DNA of 64,000 bases from an uncultured Chloroflexia bacterium. GTDB lineage: Bacteria; Chloroflexota; Limnocylindria; Limnocylindrales; CSP1-4. Made by a program: the position numbers and the translations under genes. The notes beneath the pieces are model-generated. The model searched no databases, was not told the origin of the DNA, and saw nothing but the letters and a program-made list of their open reading frames with translations. Where the stretch lies: positions 2,444 through 66,443 of the forward strand of contig CAWCQK010000004.1 in the NCBI GenBank assembly GCA_963797685.1, written 5' to 3'. Below, one piece after another: positions 19,568 to 29,269 of this stretch. Each line of letters starts with the position of its first letter. Position 1 is the first letter of the stretch.

Positions 19568-20514
19568 CGGTGGGCCGCCGCATTCTCGGCGCCCGCGGTG
19601 GTCTCGGCCGCCTCTGCGCCGTGGATCGCAGCCCCGATCGCGCCTGCCCAGACCCCCAGCTCGGCCGTCACGACCTCGACATCGTCGAGCGACGTGGTGC
19701 GCACCCGCCGCCGCAGCTCAGCGCGGATCGGCTCGAGGAGAAGGTCGCCGGCCGCCGCCACGCCGCCGCCGATCACCACCCGGTCGGGCGACACGACCGT
19801 CACCATGTTTGCGATCCCGATCCCGAGATAGCGACCGACCATCGCGAGCCCGCCCAGTGCCCGCGCGTCGCCGGCCTGTGCCGCAATGACGGCCGCCTCC
19901 GCGGTCGCCGTCCCGCACGCGGCCGCGATCCGGTCCGCGCGAGCGAACGCCTCGACGCAGCCGTTGTTCCCGCAGCCGCACGGCGGTCCGTCCGGGTCGA
20001 TCGTCTGGTGGCCGACCTCGCCGGCCGTCCCGTCGTGGCCGAGGTGGACCCGTCCGTCGATGGCGATGACGCCGCCGACCCCGGTCCCGAGCACCAACCC
20101 GACCATCGAACCAGCACCACGCCCAGCGCCGAGTCGCAGCTCGGCCAGCCCGAACGCACGGGCGTCGTTGACGAGCGAGACCGGCCGGCCGAGCGCGGCC
20201 GCGATGGGACCCCCGACCGGCCGAGCCGCCCAGTCGCCCGGGATGTTGACCAGGAACCGGGTCGCCCCGGTCGCCGGGTCGTACAGCCCCGGGACGCCGA
20301 CCCCGATCGTCGACACGTCCCGGAAGCGCCCGATCGCCTCGGAACCGACCGCCGTGAGGGCCGCCACGACCGCTTCCGGACCGTCGGCCGCCGGGGTCGG
20401 GACCTGGCCTCGGTCGAGCACCCGCCAGCCGTCGTCGTGCTCGACGACCACCCATTTGATGTTCGTGCCGCCGAGATCGAGGCCGAGATGTCGGGTGGGC
20501 TGGCCGTCGGTCAC
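19564..20514 (-). CDS. ROK family sugar kinase
   Basis: GTG start at 20514. LGLDLGGTNIK ATPase motif and ROK zinc motif GHQTIDPDGPPCGCGNNGCVE. No N-terminal HTH, so this is a kinase rather than a repressor. Confidence 0.88.
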   Translation of the reverse strand: MTDGQPTRHLGLDLGGTNIKWVVVEHDDGWRVLDRGQVPTPAADGPEAVVAALTAVGSEAIGRFRDVSTIGVGVPGLYDPATGATRFLVNIPGDWAARPVGGPIAAALGRPVSLVNDARAFGLAELRLGAGRGAGSMVGLVLGTGVGGVIAIDGRVHLGHDGTAGEVGHQTIDPDGPPCGCGNNGCVEAFARADRIAAACGTATAEAAVIAAQAGDARALGGLAMVGRYLGIGIANMVTVVSPDRVVIGGGVAAAGDLLLEPIRAELRRRVRTTSLDDVEVVTAELGVWAGAIGAAIHGAEAAETTAGAENAAAHR

Positions 20515-20519
20515 GCTGG

Positions 20520-21509
20520 TCAGGTCTCGCCGGTGACCCGGGTGTAGGCGGCCGCAACGATGACGATGATCCCGCCGAAGACGATCTGACGGGTCGGCTC
20601 CGGGAAGCCGACTGCCGTCAGGAGGGCCGTCAGGACGCTCAGGATGAGTGCGCCGACGAGCGTGCCTCCGTACCCACCCCGGCCGCCGAGGATCGACGTC
20701 CCGCCGATCACGGCCGCAGCCACCGACGGGAGCACCAGCAAATCGGCAAGGGAGACGCTGGCGGTATTCGTCAGGCCAGACAAAAGAAGGCCGCCGACCC
20801 CGGCCAGCAGTGCCGAGATGACGTACAGCACGATCAACACCTGCCAGGCGCGAGCCCCCGAGAGCCGCGCCGCGACAGGGTTGTCGCCGATCGCGTACAG
20901 GAGCCGGCCATACCCGGTCCGTCTGAGTCCGATCAGGATGATCAGCATCACCGGGACCAGCACGAGCAGGCCGGCCGGGATGAAACCGAGCAGCGTCGCG
21001 CTTCCGAGCGTCGTCAGGATGTCCGGGACGCCTGCGCCCGTCTGGACGGATTGGAGCTGCCAGACGTTGGCGAGGCCGAGGACGACGAAGCTCATGCCCA
21101 GGGTCATGATCAGCGGGTGGACCCGGAAGACGCCGATGCCGACGCCCGTGACCAGGCCCGCAAGCATGGCCACGATGAGCGACACCAGGATCGCCTGAGG
21201 CACGCCGCCCGGACTGTGGACGAGCGTCGCCGTGACGAACCCGGTCATCGACGCGACGGCGCCAACGGACAGATCGATCCCGCCCGTGAGCATGGTGATC
21301 GTCTGGCAGCCGGCGAGGATCGCCAGCGGCACGGTCGTGCGAACGATGATGTTCGCCCAGCCAGGACTGACGATGCCCGGGTCGACGATGTCGATGATCA
21401 GGATGAGGATCCCGAGCAGGCCGATCAGCGGGATGATCGGGCGATCCCGGAACAGTGCACGCCAGGCGTCGGCACCTCTCCAGCGATCGACCGCGACGGC
21501 GGTGCTCAT
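20520..21509 (-). CDS. sugar ABC transporter permease (RbsC/AraH-type)
   Basis: 329 aa, multi-TM. GGIDLSVGAV and YAIGDNPVAARLSG motifs. ATGA overlap with the upstream permease. Confidence 0.9.
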   Translation of the reverse strand: MSTAVAVDRWRGADAWRALFRDRPIIPLIGLLGILILIIDIVDPGIVSPGWANIIVRTTVPLAILAGCQTITMLTGGIDLSVGAVASMTGFVTATLVHSPGGVPQAILVSLIVAMLAGLVTGVGIGVFRVHPLIMTLGMSFVVLGLANVWQLQSVQTGAGVPDILTTLGSATLLGFIPAGLLVLVPVMLIILIGLRRTGYGRLLYAIGDNPVAARLSGARAWQVLIVLYVISALLAGVGGLLLSGLTNTASVSLADLLVLPSVAAAVIGGTSILGGRGGYGGTLVGALILSVLTALLTAVGFPEPTRQIVFGGIIVIVAAAYTRVTGET

Positions 21510-22510
21510 CGTCGGCTCCGCCGGAGCTCGATGACGCTGCCGACCATGACGACACCGATGAGGATGACGCCCTGCGCAACGATGGCGAGGTTCGAATCGA
21601 GGCTCAGGAAGCTCATGTCCGTCTGGATCAGCTGGAGCACGACCACCCCGACGATCGGCCCGAACACGCCGCCCCGGCCACCGGCCAGGCTGACCCCACC
21701 GAGCACGACCGCCGCGACGCTGAGGAGCGTGTACGGGCCGGGCACCGGAGTCCCGATCCCCGTGCTGGCGGTCAGCGAGAGGCCTCCCAGCGCCGCGAAC
21801 AGACCCGTGATCGCGTAGGCGAACAACTTGGTCCGTCCGACGGGAACCCCGCTCCGGAAGGCGGCGAGCCGGTTGCTGCCGATCGCGTACATCGACAGCC
21901 CGAGCCTCGAGCGCACCAGCGGGAACCAGATGACCGAGACCACGACGAGCAGGACGACCGCAGCCCGTGGGATCCACTCGTTGCCGAGCGGCCCGACGGC
22001 CAGACCAGTGAGCCAGGTCGCGGCGCCGCCGCCCGGCGACGATCGCACGAGCAGCGCGAAGCCCGCCCACACGAACGACATCGCCAGGGTGACGACGATG
22101 TCCGGCACCCGTGTGCCCACGACGACCGCCCCGTTGATCCCACCGAGCACGAGGCCGAAGCCCAGCACAGCCACGACCACCACGATCCCGGTCGTGTCGG
22201 ATTGGTTGTCCATGAGGGAGGCGGCCACGACGCTGGTCAGGGCCATCATCGACCCGATCGACAGGTCGATCCCACCGCTGATGACGATGACCGCCTGGGC
22301 GACCGCGGCCAGTGCAAGCGGGAGGATCGACGTTCCGAGGCCCTGGATGGGGATCGGGCCGTATCGGGGCTGGATCAGCTTGGTGAAGACCAGCAGGCCG
22401 ACCAGAAGCACGAGAAGGCTCAGCATCCACGCGTTCCGGCGTGCCCAGACCGCGATGGCGTCGGCCGTTCCGGAGCCGGCGCCCTCGATCGGCGCCGCGG
22501 TGGCGCTCAT
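21506..22510 (-). CDS. sugar ABC transporter permease (RbsC/AraH-type)
   Basis: 334 aa. GGIDLSIGSMMAL and YAIGSNRLAAFRSG motifs. Overlaps the ATPase stop. Confidence 0.9.
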   Translation of the reverse strand: MSATAAPIEGAGSGTADAIAVWARRNAWMLSLLVLLVGLLVFTKLIQPRYGPIPIQGLGTSILPLALAAVAQAVIVISGGIDLSIGSMMALTSVVAASLMDNQSDTTGIVVVVAVLGFGLVLGGINGAVVVGTRVPDIVVTLAMSFVWAGFALLVRSSPGGGAATWLTGLAVGPLGNEWIPRAAVVLLVVVSVIWFPLVRSRLGLSMYAIGSNRLAAFRSGVPVGRTKLFAYAITGLFAALGGLSLTASTGIGTPVPGPYTLLSVAAVVLGGVSLAGGRGGVFGPIVGVVVLQLIQTDMSFLSLDSNLAIVAQGVILIGVVMVGSVIELRRSRR

Positions 22511-24066
22511 GGTTCCTCGGTCTGGGCGATCGATTCCTCGATCGCGGCGCCGGCGGCGCTCTCCGGCAGCTCTGCGTCGGCGCGCAGGTTGTAGGCGGCT
22601 CGGAGCAATGACGCCTCGTCGGCGTCAACGCCGGCCACTTCGGCCACGATCTCGCCACCGAAGATCACGATCGCGCGATCGCAGACGAGCTGGACCTCCT
22701 TGAGCTCGGACGTATAGATGAGCACGGCGGCCCCGGCCTCGGCCAGGTCGCGGAGCAGGAGGTAGATCTGCTGCTTCGTGCCGATGTCGATCCCGCGCGT
22801 CGGGTCGAAGCACAGCATCGTCCGGACGCCGCCGGCGACCCACCGCGCGATCGTGACCTTCTGCTGGTTCCCACCCGAGAGCCGCCGCACCTCACCTGCC
22901 GCGCGAGCGTCGATCTGCAGCCGCGCGACTGCGTCGTCGACCGTCCGACGTTCGCCGCCGAGGTCGATCAAACCCCAGTGGCTGAGTCCCGCGATCCTCG
23001 GCAGCGCGATGTTCTCTCGGATCGACCGTTGCATCAGCAACGCCTCGGCTCGGTCGGCGGCCACGTAGACGAGGCCTGCCCTGATGGCGTCCGCGGGATG
23101 TCGGAAGCTCACGGGTCGATCGTCGACCAGGAGCTGACCACTGGCCGGACGCGCGGACCCGGCGAGGATGTCGAACAGCTCGTCCTGTCCCTGGCCTTCG
23201 AGCGCGACCACGCCCAGTACCTCGCCCGGATAGAGGTCGAAGGAGACTTCCTTCAGGGTCGAGCGTGCGGTCAGCGCACGAGCCGAGATGCGTGGCTTGG
23301 CGTCCGCTCTCCGCGTCGCGCTCGTCGTCCCGTGCTCGGCGGCGACGGGCATGTCCTTGATGATCTCGCCGAGCATCAGCTCGACGATCCTGTCCTCGGA
23401 GCCCGTGGTCACGTCGACGACGCCGACGGTCGCCCCTTCGCGCAGCACGGTGGCGCGGTCGCAGATGGCCGCGATCTCGATCATCCGGTGGGAGATGAAG
23501 ATGACGGAGCGTTGGCCGCCCCGGAGCCGTCCCACGACCTCGAGGACTCGCTCGGTGAGGTTGGCGGGCAGGGCCGCGGTCATCTCGTCGAGCATCAGCA
23601 CGTCTGGCTCGGCGGCCAGGGCGCGCGCGAGATCGATGATCCGCAGCGTGGCCAGCGGCAGGCGTCGAGCGTGGCCGGCCAGGTCGAGGCCACCGAGGCC
23701 GAGCTCGGTCAGCCAGTGGCGGAATGGTTCGAGTGGTGTCTCGGTCAGTCGCAGGTTCTGCCGGATGTCGAGGTCCGGGATCAGCGACGGCTCCTGGTAC
23801 ACGGAGATGAGCCCGCCGCGACGAGCCTCGGCCGGCGACTGGACGGTGCGGGCTTTCCCGCGCACGGAGATCGTGCCCGCGTCCGGACTGACCGCGCCGG
23901 TCAGGATCTTGACGAGCGTGCTCTTGCCGGCGCCGTTGGCGCCCATCAGGGCATGGATCTCGCCGGGCTTGACGGCCAATGAGGCGGAGCGCAAAGCGAC
24001 CACCGCGCCGTATGTCTTCGAGACGCCACTCGCCTCGAGCAGGGGTTCGGTCGTGGTGAGAGTCAT
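22507..24066 (-). CDS. sugar ABC transporter ATP-binding protein (fused double ATPase, CUT2 type)
   Basis: 519 aa. Walker A GANGAGKST, first-half Walker B-type segment LMLDEMTAAL, second-half signature LSGGNQQK. Confidence 0.93.
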   Translation of the reverse strand: MTLTTTEPLLEASGVSKTYGAVVALRSASLAVKPGEIHALMGANGAGKSTLVKILTGAVSPDAGTISVRGKARTVQSPAEARRGGLISVYQEPSLIPDLDIRQNLRLTETPLEPFRHWLTELGLGGLDLAGHARRLPLATLRIIDLARALAAEPDVLMLDEMTAALPANLTERVLEVVGRLRGGQRSVIFISHRMIEIAAICDRATVLREGATVGVVDVTTGSEDRIVELMLGEIIKDMPVAAEHGTTSATRRADAKPRISARALTARSTLKEVSFDLYPGEVLGVVALEGQGQDELFDILAGSARPASGQLLVDDRPVSFRHPADAIRAGLVYVAADRAEALLMQRSIRENIALPRIAGLSHWGLIDLGGERRTVDDAVARLQIDARAAGEVRRLSGGNQQKVTIARWVAGGVRTMLCFDPTRGIDIGTKQQIYLLLRDLAEAGAAVLIYTSELKEVQLVCDRAIVIFGGEIVAEVAGVDADEASLLRAAYNLRADAELPESAAGAAIEESIAQTEEP

Positions 24067-24086
24067 GCGCTCCGCGCGATTCAGGC

Positions 24087-24115
24087 GGAGGGCGACGGCA
24101 TGGCCGTCGCCCTCC
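24087..24115 (-). promoter_or_regulatory. perfect 13-bp stem / 3-nt loop hairpin between the binding-protein and ATPase genes
   Basis: GGAGGGCGACGGC-atg-GCCGTCGCCCTCC read directly. It lies 21 nt downstream of the binding-protein stop on the transcribed strand. Confidence 0.5.
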
Positions 24116-24136
24116 CTGGATGGACCGGAGTGAGGG

Positions 24137-25285
24137 CTATGCGCCCTTGCAGCCGGCGGGAACGGTATTGGGATCGTAGGTCGTCCAGCCGTCGATGGAC
24201 AGGCTCAGCGGCCAGAGCGGGTCCATGCCGGGCACGGACTGCCACGCCTTGAGCTTCGCCTGACCGTCAGGGGTCAGGTTGTCGACCACGACCGGATCCA
24301 GCAGAACGGTGTTCGGCTGGGTGGCACCTGCGGACGGGGTGACCGTGTCACCGTTGAGGAGCTTGAGCGCCAGGGTGATGCCCGCGCCGCCGACCGCCGC
24401 CGTGTTGGTCACGGCTGCGCCCTTGAGGCCCGGGAAGTTGGTCGTGTCGAGGAGCTGGGTGACGAACCCGCCGACATCGGCATCAGCGATCGGCACGAAC
24501 TTCTTGCCGTTCGCCTTGATCGCGTCGACGATCTGCTTGCCCATGCCGGACGCCCAGATGCCGGTGATCTTGTCGTAGCCGCCACTGGCGATGAAATCGT
24601 TGGTCAGCTTGGTGGCGGTGGCCGGATCCCAGCCCGTGGCGACGCCATCGGGACTCGGGACGACGGTGATACCGGGATAGTCCTTGAGGACGTTCTTGAA
24701 CCCGGTGTCGCGGTCGGTATCAGCGGAGTTGCCGGCGATGCCGCGGGTGTACCAGACGGTGCCCTTGCCACCGAGCTGATCGAACAGCCACTTGGCGCCG
24801 AGCTCCGCGTACTTGACCTGGTTGTTGTACAGGTTCCACGTGTTCGTGTCGGTCACGTAGCTGTCGACCGCGACCGTCTTGATCCCTGCCGCAGCGGCCT
24901 CGGCCAGTGCCGGGTTGAGGGCCTTCGGGTCATTCGGGTTGAAGACGATCGCATTGACGCCCTTCGCGATCAGGGTCCGGATGTCGGCCAGCTGGCCGGC
25001 GGCATCCGTGTTGCGATGGATCACGGTCAGATTGGCGGCCGGGATGCCCGCCGCCTTGGCCTGCGCCTTGGCAGTGCAGACCTGCTCTTCGCGGAAGCCG
25101 TTGCCGACGCCTCCGCCGTTCGAGTAGCCGATCGTGTACTGCGACGCTGCGCCCGATGGGGCAGTCGAGCCGCCCGCGGCGGCGCTCGGCGCTGTCGAGG
25201 CACCCGAGCTCGAACACGCGGCCGCGATCAGGGCGACGACCGCGAGGCCGGCGAACGATCGCAACCGGATGGATCCCTTGATCAT
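24137..25285 (-). CDS. ABC transporter sugar-binding protein (PBP type I), secreted and possibly lipid-anchored
   Basis: ATG 25285 with AGGAGG upstream. Signal peptide ...GLAVVALIAAAC with Cys after the hydrophobic core, then a Ser/Ala/Gly linker and a periplasmic binding fold (GYSNGGGVGNGFR...). Confidence 0.88.
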   Translation of the reverse strand: MIKGSIRLRSFAGLAVVALIAAACSSSGASTAPSAAAGGSTAPSGAASQYTIGYSNGGGVGNGFREEQVCTAKAQAKAAGIPAANLTVIHRNTDAAGQLADIRTLIAKGVNAIVFNPNDPKALNPALAEAAAAGIKTVAVDSYVTDTNTWNLYNNQVKYAELGAKWLFDQLGGKGTVWYTRGIAGNSADTDRDTGFKNVLKDYPGITVVPSPDGVATGWDPATATKLTNDFIASGGYDKITGIWASGMGKQIVDAIKANGKKFVPIADADVGGFVTQLLDTTNFPGLKGAAVTNTAAVGGAGITLALKLLNGDTVTPSAGATQPNTVLLDPVVVDNLTPDGQAKLKAWQSVPGMDPLWPLSLSIDGWTTYDPNTVPAGCKGA

Positions 25286-25411
25286 GTGTTCTCCTCCTGT
25301 GACCAACGACGCGCCGACTTGGTCGCGCCGACGAATGGATCCGCTTCCCCTCGGGGGAGCCAATCGATCCGATCTATCGGTCTCACCTCCTACGCGCGAT
25401 CACCGCCACCA

Positions 25412-26221
25412 TCACCCCTCCCGGGAGATGGCACGAGCGATCCGCCGCGCGTGCTCACGATAGGCCTCCTCGAACGTTTCCCGCGAGCGGTCGGCGCCTA
25501 CGACCGACGCTCGGGTCAGGACCGGCGGCAGAGCGTCCCGCTCCCGGAGGAGCCGGGCGGTCCGCACCTTGATGCAGTTGACGATGGCGACCGCGGTGAT
25601 CGTCGAGCCGGGACCCACCGGGGTATCCAGGCCGTCGATCGCGCACAGCGCATCGGCGTGGGGCGAACACAGGTCGATGACGAGATCCGCCTCGTCGAGC
25701 AGGCGCCCCCGGACGATCGGGTCCGGCTCCCCGGACATCGATTGCTCGACGGACGTGACCGCGATGACCCGCATGCCTCGCCGGCGGGCGCCACGGGCCA
25801 CCTCGATCGGAACGGCCGTCAGCCCGCCGGCCGAGAAGACCATCACGAGGTCGTTCGGGCCGAACGTGAAGTTCGACAGGATGACCTCCGCGAGCCCTGA
25901 CGTCCGCTCGATGAACATCGCCTGGCGCTGGCCGTTGGAGCCGACGACCTGGGTGTGGAACGTCATCGACAGCTCGACCATCGGGTTGAACCCCGGGTAC
26001 GAGCCGTAGCGCGGGAACATCTCTTCGACCGGGATCCGCGAGTGGCCGGTCCCGAACAGGTGGACGAGACCGTCGGCGGCGATCGTGTCGGCACACCAGC
26101 GGCTGGCCGTCTCGATGGCCTCGCCCTGCGTCGCCGCCAGCCGTTCCAGCAGGCCGGTGGCGGCGGTCAGCCACTCGAGGGCCGGCTGCGTCGTGGTCGG
26201 TCCGGCGGCCGAGGTCGCCAT
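25412..26221 (-). CDS. SIS domain phosphosugar-binding protein (UPF0309-like)
   Basis: LVHLFGTGHSRIPVEEMFPRYGSYPGF...VFSAGGLTAVPIE is the single-SIS UPF0309 pattern. The start is ATG 26221 or TTG 26224, overlapping the deoC stop. Confidence 0.75.
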   Translation of the reverse strand: MATSAAGPTTTQPALEWLTAATGLLERLAATQGEAIETASRWCADTIAADGLVHLFGTGHSRIPVEEMFPRYGSYPGFNPMVELSMTFHTQVVGSNGQRQAMFIERTSGLAEVILSNFTFGPNDLVMVFSAGGLTAVPIEVARGARRRGMRVIAVTSVEQSMSGEPDPIVRGRLLDEADLVIDLCSPHADALCAIDGLDTPVGPGSTITAVAIVNCIKVRTARLLRERDALPPVLTRASVVGADRSRETFEEAYREHARRIARAISREG

Positions 26222-26976
26222 CAATAGTCACTCGCCGGGCGCTCGGCCGGACCCGGGGCGCCGGCCGCGACCGGTCCGCCACCGGCTTTGCGTGCCCGGA
26301 AGTCGTCGAGCATCGTCGCCGTCGCGGTCGCACCGACGCGCGTGACCCCGAGCGCCATCACGTCAAGCAGCGCGTCGAGGGTCCGGACGCCGCCCGCGGC
26401 CTTGACCCCGATGTGCGGCGACGTGTTGGCGCGCATCAGGATCAGGTCCTCGTGGGTCGCGCCGCTCGGGGCGAACCCGGTCGAGGTCTTGACGAAGTCG
26501 CCGCCGGCCGCCTCGGTCAGGTGGCACGCCCGGATCTTCTCGTCGTCGGTCAGGTAGGCGTTCTCGAAGATGACCTTGACGATCGCCCGGGCCGCATGGG
26601 CGACGTTGACGACGGCCTCGATGTCGGCGGCCACATCGGCGTCGCGGCCGGACTTGAGGGCACCGATCTGGATGACCATGTCGAGCTCGGTCGCACCGTC
26701 GCCGATGGCGCGGACCGACTCGAACACCTTGGTTTCGGTCCGATGGTTGCCGTGCGGAAAGCCGATGGTCGTCCCGACCGCGACGTCCGTCCCCGACAGG
26801 AACCTGGCCGCGCGCAGGACGTCGGCCGGGCGGACGCACACCGACGCCACGTCGTAGTCGGCGGCGAGCCGGCAGCCCGCTTCGACGAAGGCGTCGTCGA
26901 GCTCGGGTCGCAGCAGCGAGTGATCGATGGTCTTGGCGACGTCGCGGTAGGTCAGGTCGTCGATGGAGAAGGTCAT
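26221..26976 (-). CDS. deoC: deoxyribose-phosphate aldolase family (class I aldolase)
   Basis: IDHSLLRP, VASVCVRP, ELDMVI, Schiff-base lysine context FVKTSTGF and VKAAGGVRT match the DeoC family. Confidence 0.88.
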   Translation of the reverse strand: MTFSIDDLTYRDVAKTIDHSLLRPELDDAFVEAGCRLAADYDVASVCVRPADVLRAARFLSGTDVAVGTTIGFPHGNHRTETKVFESVRAIGDGATELDMVIQIGALKSGRDADVAADIEAVVNVAHAARAIVKVIFENAYLTDDEKIRACHLTEAAGGDFVKTSTGFAPSGATHEDLILMRANTSPHIGVKAAGGVRTLDALLDVMALGVTRVGATATATMLDDFRARKAGGGPVAAGAPGPAERPASDY

Positions 26977-26980
26977 GGCC

Positions 26981-27895
26981 TCACTTGATATACGGGCGGA
27001 GGACGTCGCGAGCGAGCAGGAACCCGCGCTTGACGAGGTCGTCGGTCTTCTCGAAGTCGCGATCCTCGTGCTCGATGATCACGTCGCCGTCGTACCCGCC
27101 TCGCCAAAGAGCCGCGAACAGGGGAGCCCACTCGACATCGCCCAGCCCCGGCAGGCGCGGGATCTGCCAGCCGATGCCCATCGAGAAGACGCCGCGCTCG
27201 TACAGCCCCTCGCGGTCGATGAGCAGGTCCTTGGCCTGGACGTGCAGGATGTGTGGCCCGAATTCGCGGATGAACCGCGGGATGTCGATCATCTGGAGGA
27301 TCAGGTGCGACGGGTCGAAGTTGAGCCCGATCGTGCCGCCCCACTGCTCGAGGATCCGACGCCAGATCCGAGGGGTCGTGGCGAGGTTGTGCCCGCCCGG
27401 CCACTCGTCCTTGCTGAACAGCATCGGGCAGTTCTCGATGGTGATCCTGCGCCCGTGGTCCTGGGCGAAGCTGACGATGTCCGGCCAGACGCGGAGGGCT
27501 TCCTCCCAGTTCGCGTCCTGGTCCTTCGAGCCGTCCGCACCCATGAACGTGTTGACCAGCGGGACGCCCATCAGCTCGGCGGCGGTGATGACGTGCTTGA
27601 GGTGCCCGATGACTTCGGCCCGATGGGCGGGGTCGGGGTGGAGCGGGTTCGGGTAATAGCCGAGACCGGAGATGGCGAGGCCCTTGGCGGCGATCTCGTC
27701 GACGATCTCGGTCGCCTGGCCGGCCGACAGGTTCGCCACGTCGATGTGGCTGGTGCCGGCGTACCGCCGGGTCGCACCGGACGCCTGCGGCCAGCAGGCG
27801 ATCTCGAGGCTCTCGAAGCCGTTCGCCGCCGTCCAGTCGGCGACGTCCATCAGCGGCGTCTCGGGGAACGGAGCGGTCAACAGGCCGAGTCTCAT
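26981..27895 (-). CDS. sugar phosphate isomerase/epimerase (xylose isomerase-like TIM barrel)
   Basis: 304 aa. The segments GFESLEI...NTFMG...ITIENCP...LNFDPSHL...HVQAKD...IIEHED are typical of the AP-endonuclease-2/xylose isomerase-like TIM family. Confidence 0.85.
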   Translation of the reverse strand: MRLGLLTAPFPETPLMDVADWTAANGFESLEIACWPQASGATRRYAGTSHIDVANLSAGQATEIVDEIAAKGLAISGLGYYPNPLHPDPAHRAEVIGHLKHVITAAELMGVPLVNTFMGADGSKDQDANWEEALRVWPDIVSFAQDHGRRITIENCPMLFSKDEWPGGHNLATTPRIWRRILEQWGGTIGLNFDPSHLILQMIDIPRFIREFGPHILHVQAKDLLIDREGLYERGVFSMGIGWQIPRLPGLGDVEWAPLFAALWRGGYDGDVIIEHEDRDFEKTDDLVKRGFLLARDVLRPYIK

Positions 27896-29080
27896 CAGCG
27901 CGCCTCCGTGCCGACGGGGAGGGGCGCCCGGACGACCTCGACCCAGCGGCCGATGCGGGCACTCTCCGCGATCGCGTCGTTGACAAGCATCTCGTCGTGG
28001 CCGTCGGCGAAGGTCGGGTACGTGGGGCGCTCCGCTGGGCCGCCCGCCACGACGTCCGCATAGACGGCCCGGAAGTGCGCGGCGAACGTGTCGCCGAAGC
28101 CCTCGACATGGCCGCCGGGAAGGGCAGCGGCGGCGCGTCCGGCGTCGCCCATCAGGGCCGGGTTCTTGATCAGGATCTCGTTCGGGCGGTCGCGGTGGCC
28201 CAGCCAGATCTGATCGGGCTGCTCCGAGTCCCAGGCGATCGACGAGCGCGACCCGTCGATCTCGTACTGGAGGGAGTTCTTCCGACCGGCGCTGATCTGG
28301 CTGATGCTGACCGAGCCGCGGGCGCCGTCCTCGAAGCGGAGGAGGATGGTCGCCGCATCCTCGGTGGCGATGACGCGGGTGACCGTCTCGGTGGCGACCT
28401 CGGTCGAGAAGGTCTCGACCGGCCCGGCAGGCTCGCGTCGGGTCCGGATGAACGTGCTCAGGTCGGCCATCACCTCGACGACCCGTTGGCCGGTGACGAA
28501 CGTCATCAGGTCCAGCCAGTGCGAGCCGATGTCGCCGACCGCGCGCAGAGGCCCGCCGCGTCCGGGCTCGAGCCGCCAGTTCCAGTCACTGTCGAGGAGC
28601 AGCCAGTCCTGGAAGTAGCGCCCGGTGACCAGCCGCACGGCACCGATGTCGCCCGCGGCGACGACCTCATGGGCGTGCTGGTTGAGCGGGTAGTAGCGGA
28701 TGTTGAAGTTGGCCGCGTTGACGAGGCCGGTCCGCGCGGCGAGCTCGACCAGCTCCGCGGACTCGATGGCGGACATCGCCAGCGGCTTCTCGCACACGAC
28801 GTGGCGGCCGGCCGCGAGGGCCGCCCTCGCGTGGGGAAGGTGGAGATCGTTCGGGGACGTGACGTGGACGACCTCGACCGCGGGGTCGCTGAGCAAGTCC
28901 TCGATCGACTCGTACGCGCGCGGGACGCCAAGGGACTCGGCCCGGGCAGCGCCGCGCTCGGGCGTGCTGCCAAGGACGCCGTGCACCCGCACGCCGATGC
29001 GCCGCAACGCTTCGACGTGGACGGTCCCGATGAAGCCCGTGCCGATGACGGCCGCGCCGACGTCGGCGATCCGTTCTCAT
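27895..29080 (-). pseudogene. Gfo/Idh/MocA family oxidoreductase, frameshift within the first 4 codons (about 29069-29073)
   Basis: The Rossmann N-terminus IADVGAAVIGTGFIGTVHVEALRRIG is in frame with ORF 27895..29007 but has no start codon. ATG 29080 (GGAGAGGGA upstream) gives MRT and then needs a 1-base skip to join. Confidence 0.8.
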
Positions 29081-29112
29081 TCCCTCTCCACCCGCTGGCG
29101 ACGTTGGGCCAA

Positions 29113-29133
29113 CTGTCTAGACGTTCTAGACAG
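29113..29133. promoter_or_regulatory. perfect dyad CTGTCTAGA-CGT-TCTAGACAG (contains the GTCTAGAC HutC-type core) in a divergent promoter region
   Basis: Read directly. The 9-bp arms are exact reverse complements. Located between the minus-strand Gfo/isomerase/deoC/SIS operon start (29080) and the ROK regulator start (29270). Confidence 0.65.
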
Positions 29134-29269
29134 GACTCGAGTGTGAACCACCGCTGGGCGACGCGGACGCTCGATGGGCGCGCTCCAGACTTCCTCCGGC
29201 CCCCATCCTACTTTGCCATGTCAAGTGCAAAAGTCGAGCACGCAAGGTGCAGCGGCGTATCATCCGCGG

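Noticed and set aside
20520-22658. 712-aa minus-strand ORF suggesting one giant permease
   Set aside because: Only its C-terminal 329 aa (from ATG 21509) are membrane-protein-like. The upstream part is out-of-frame read-through across the second permease, which is encoded in its own frame (21506..22510).
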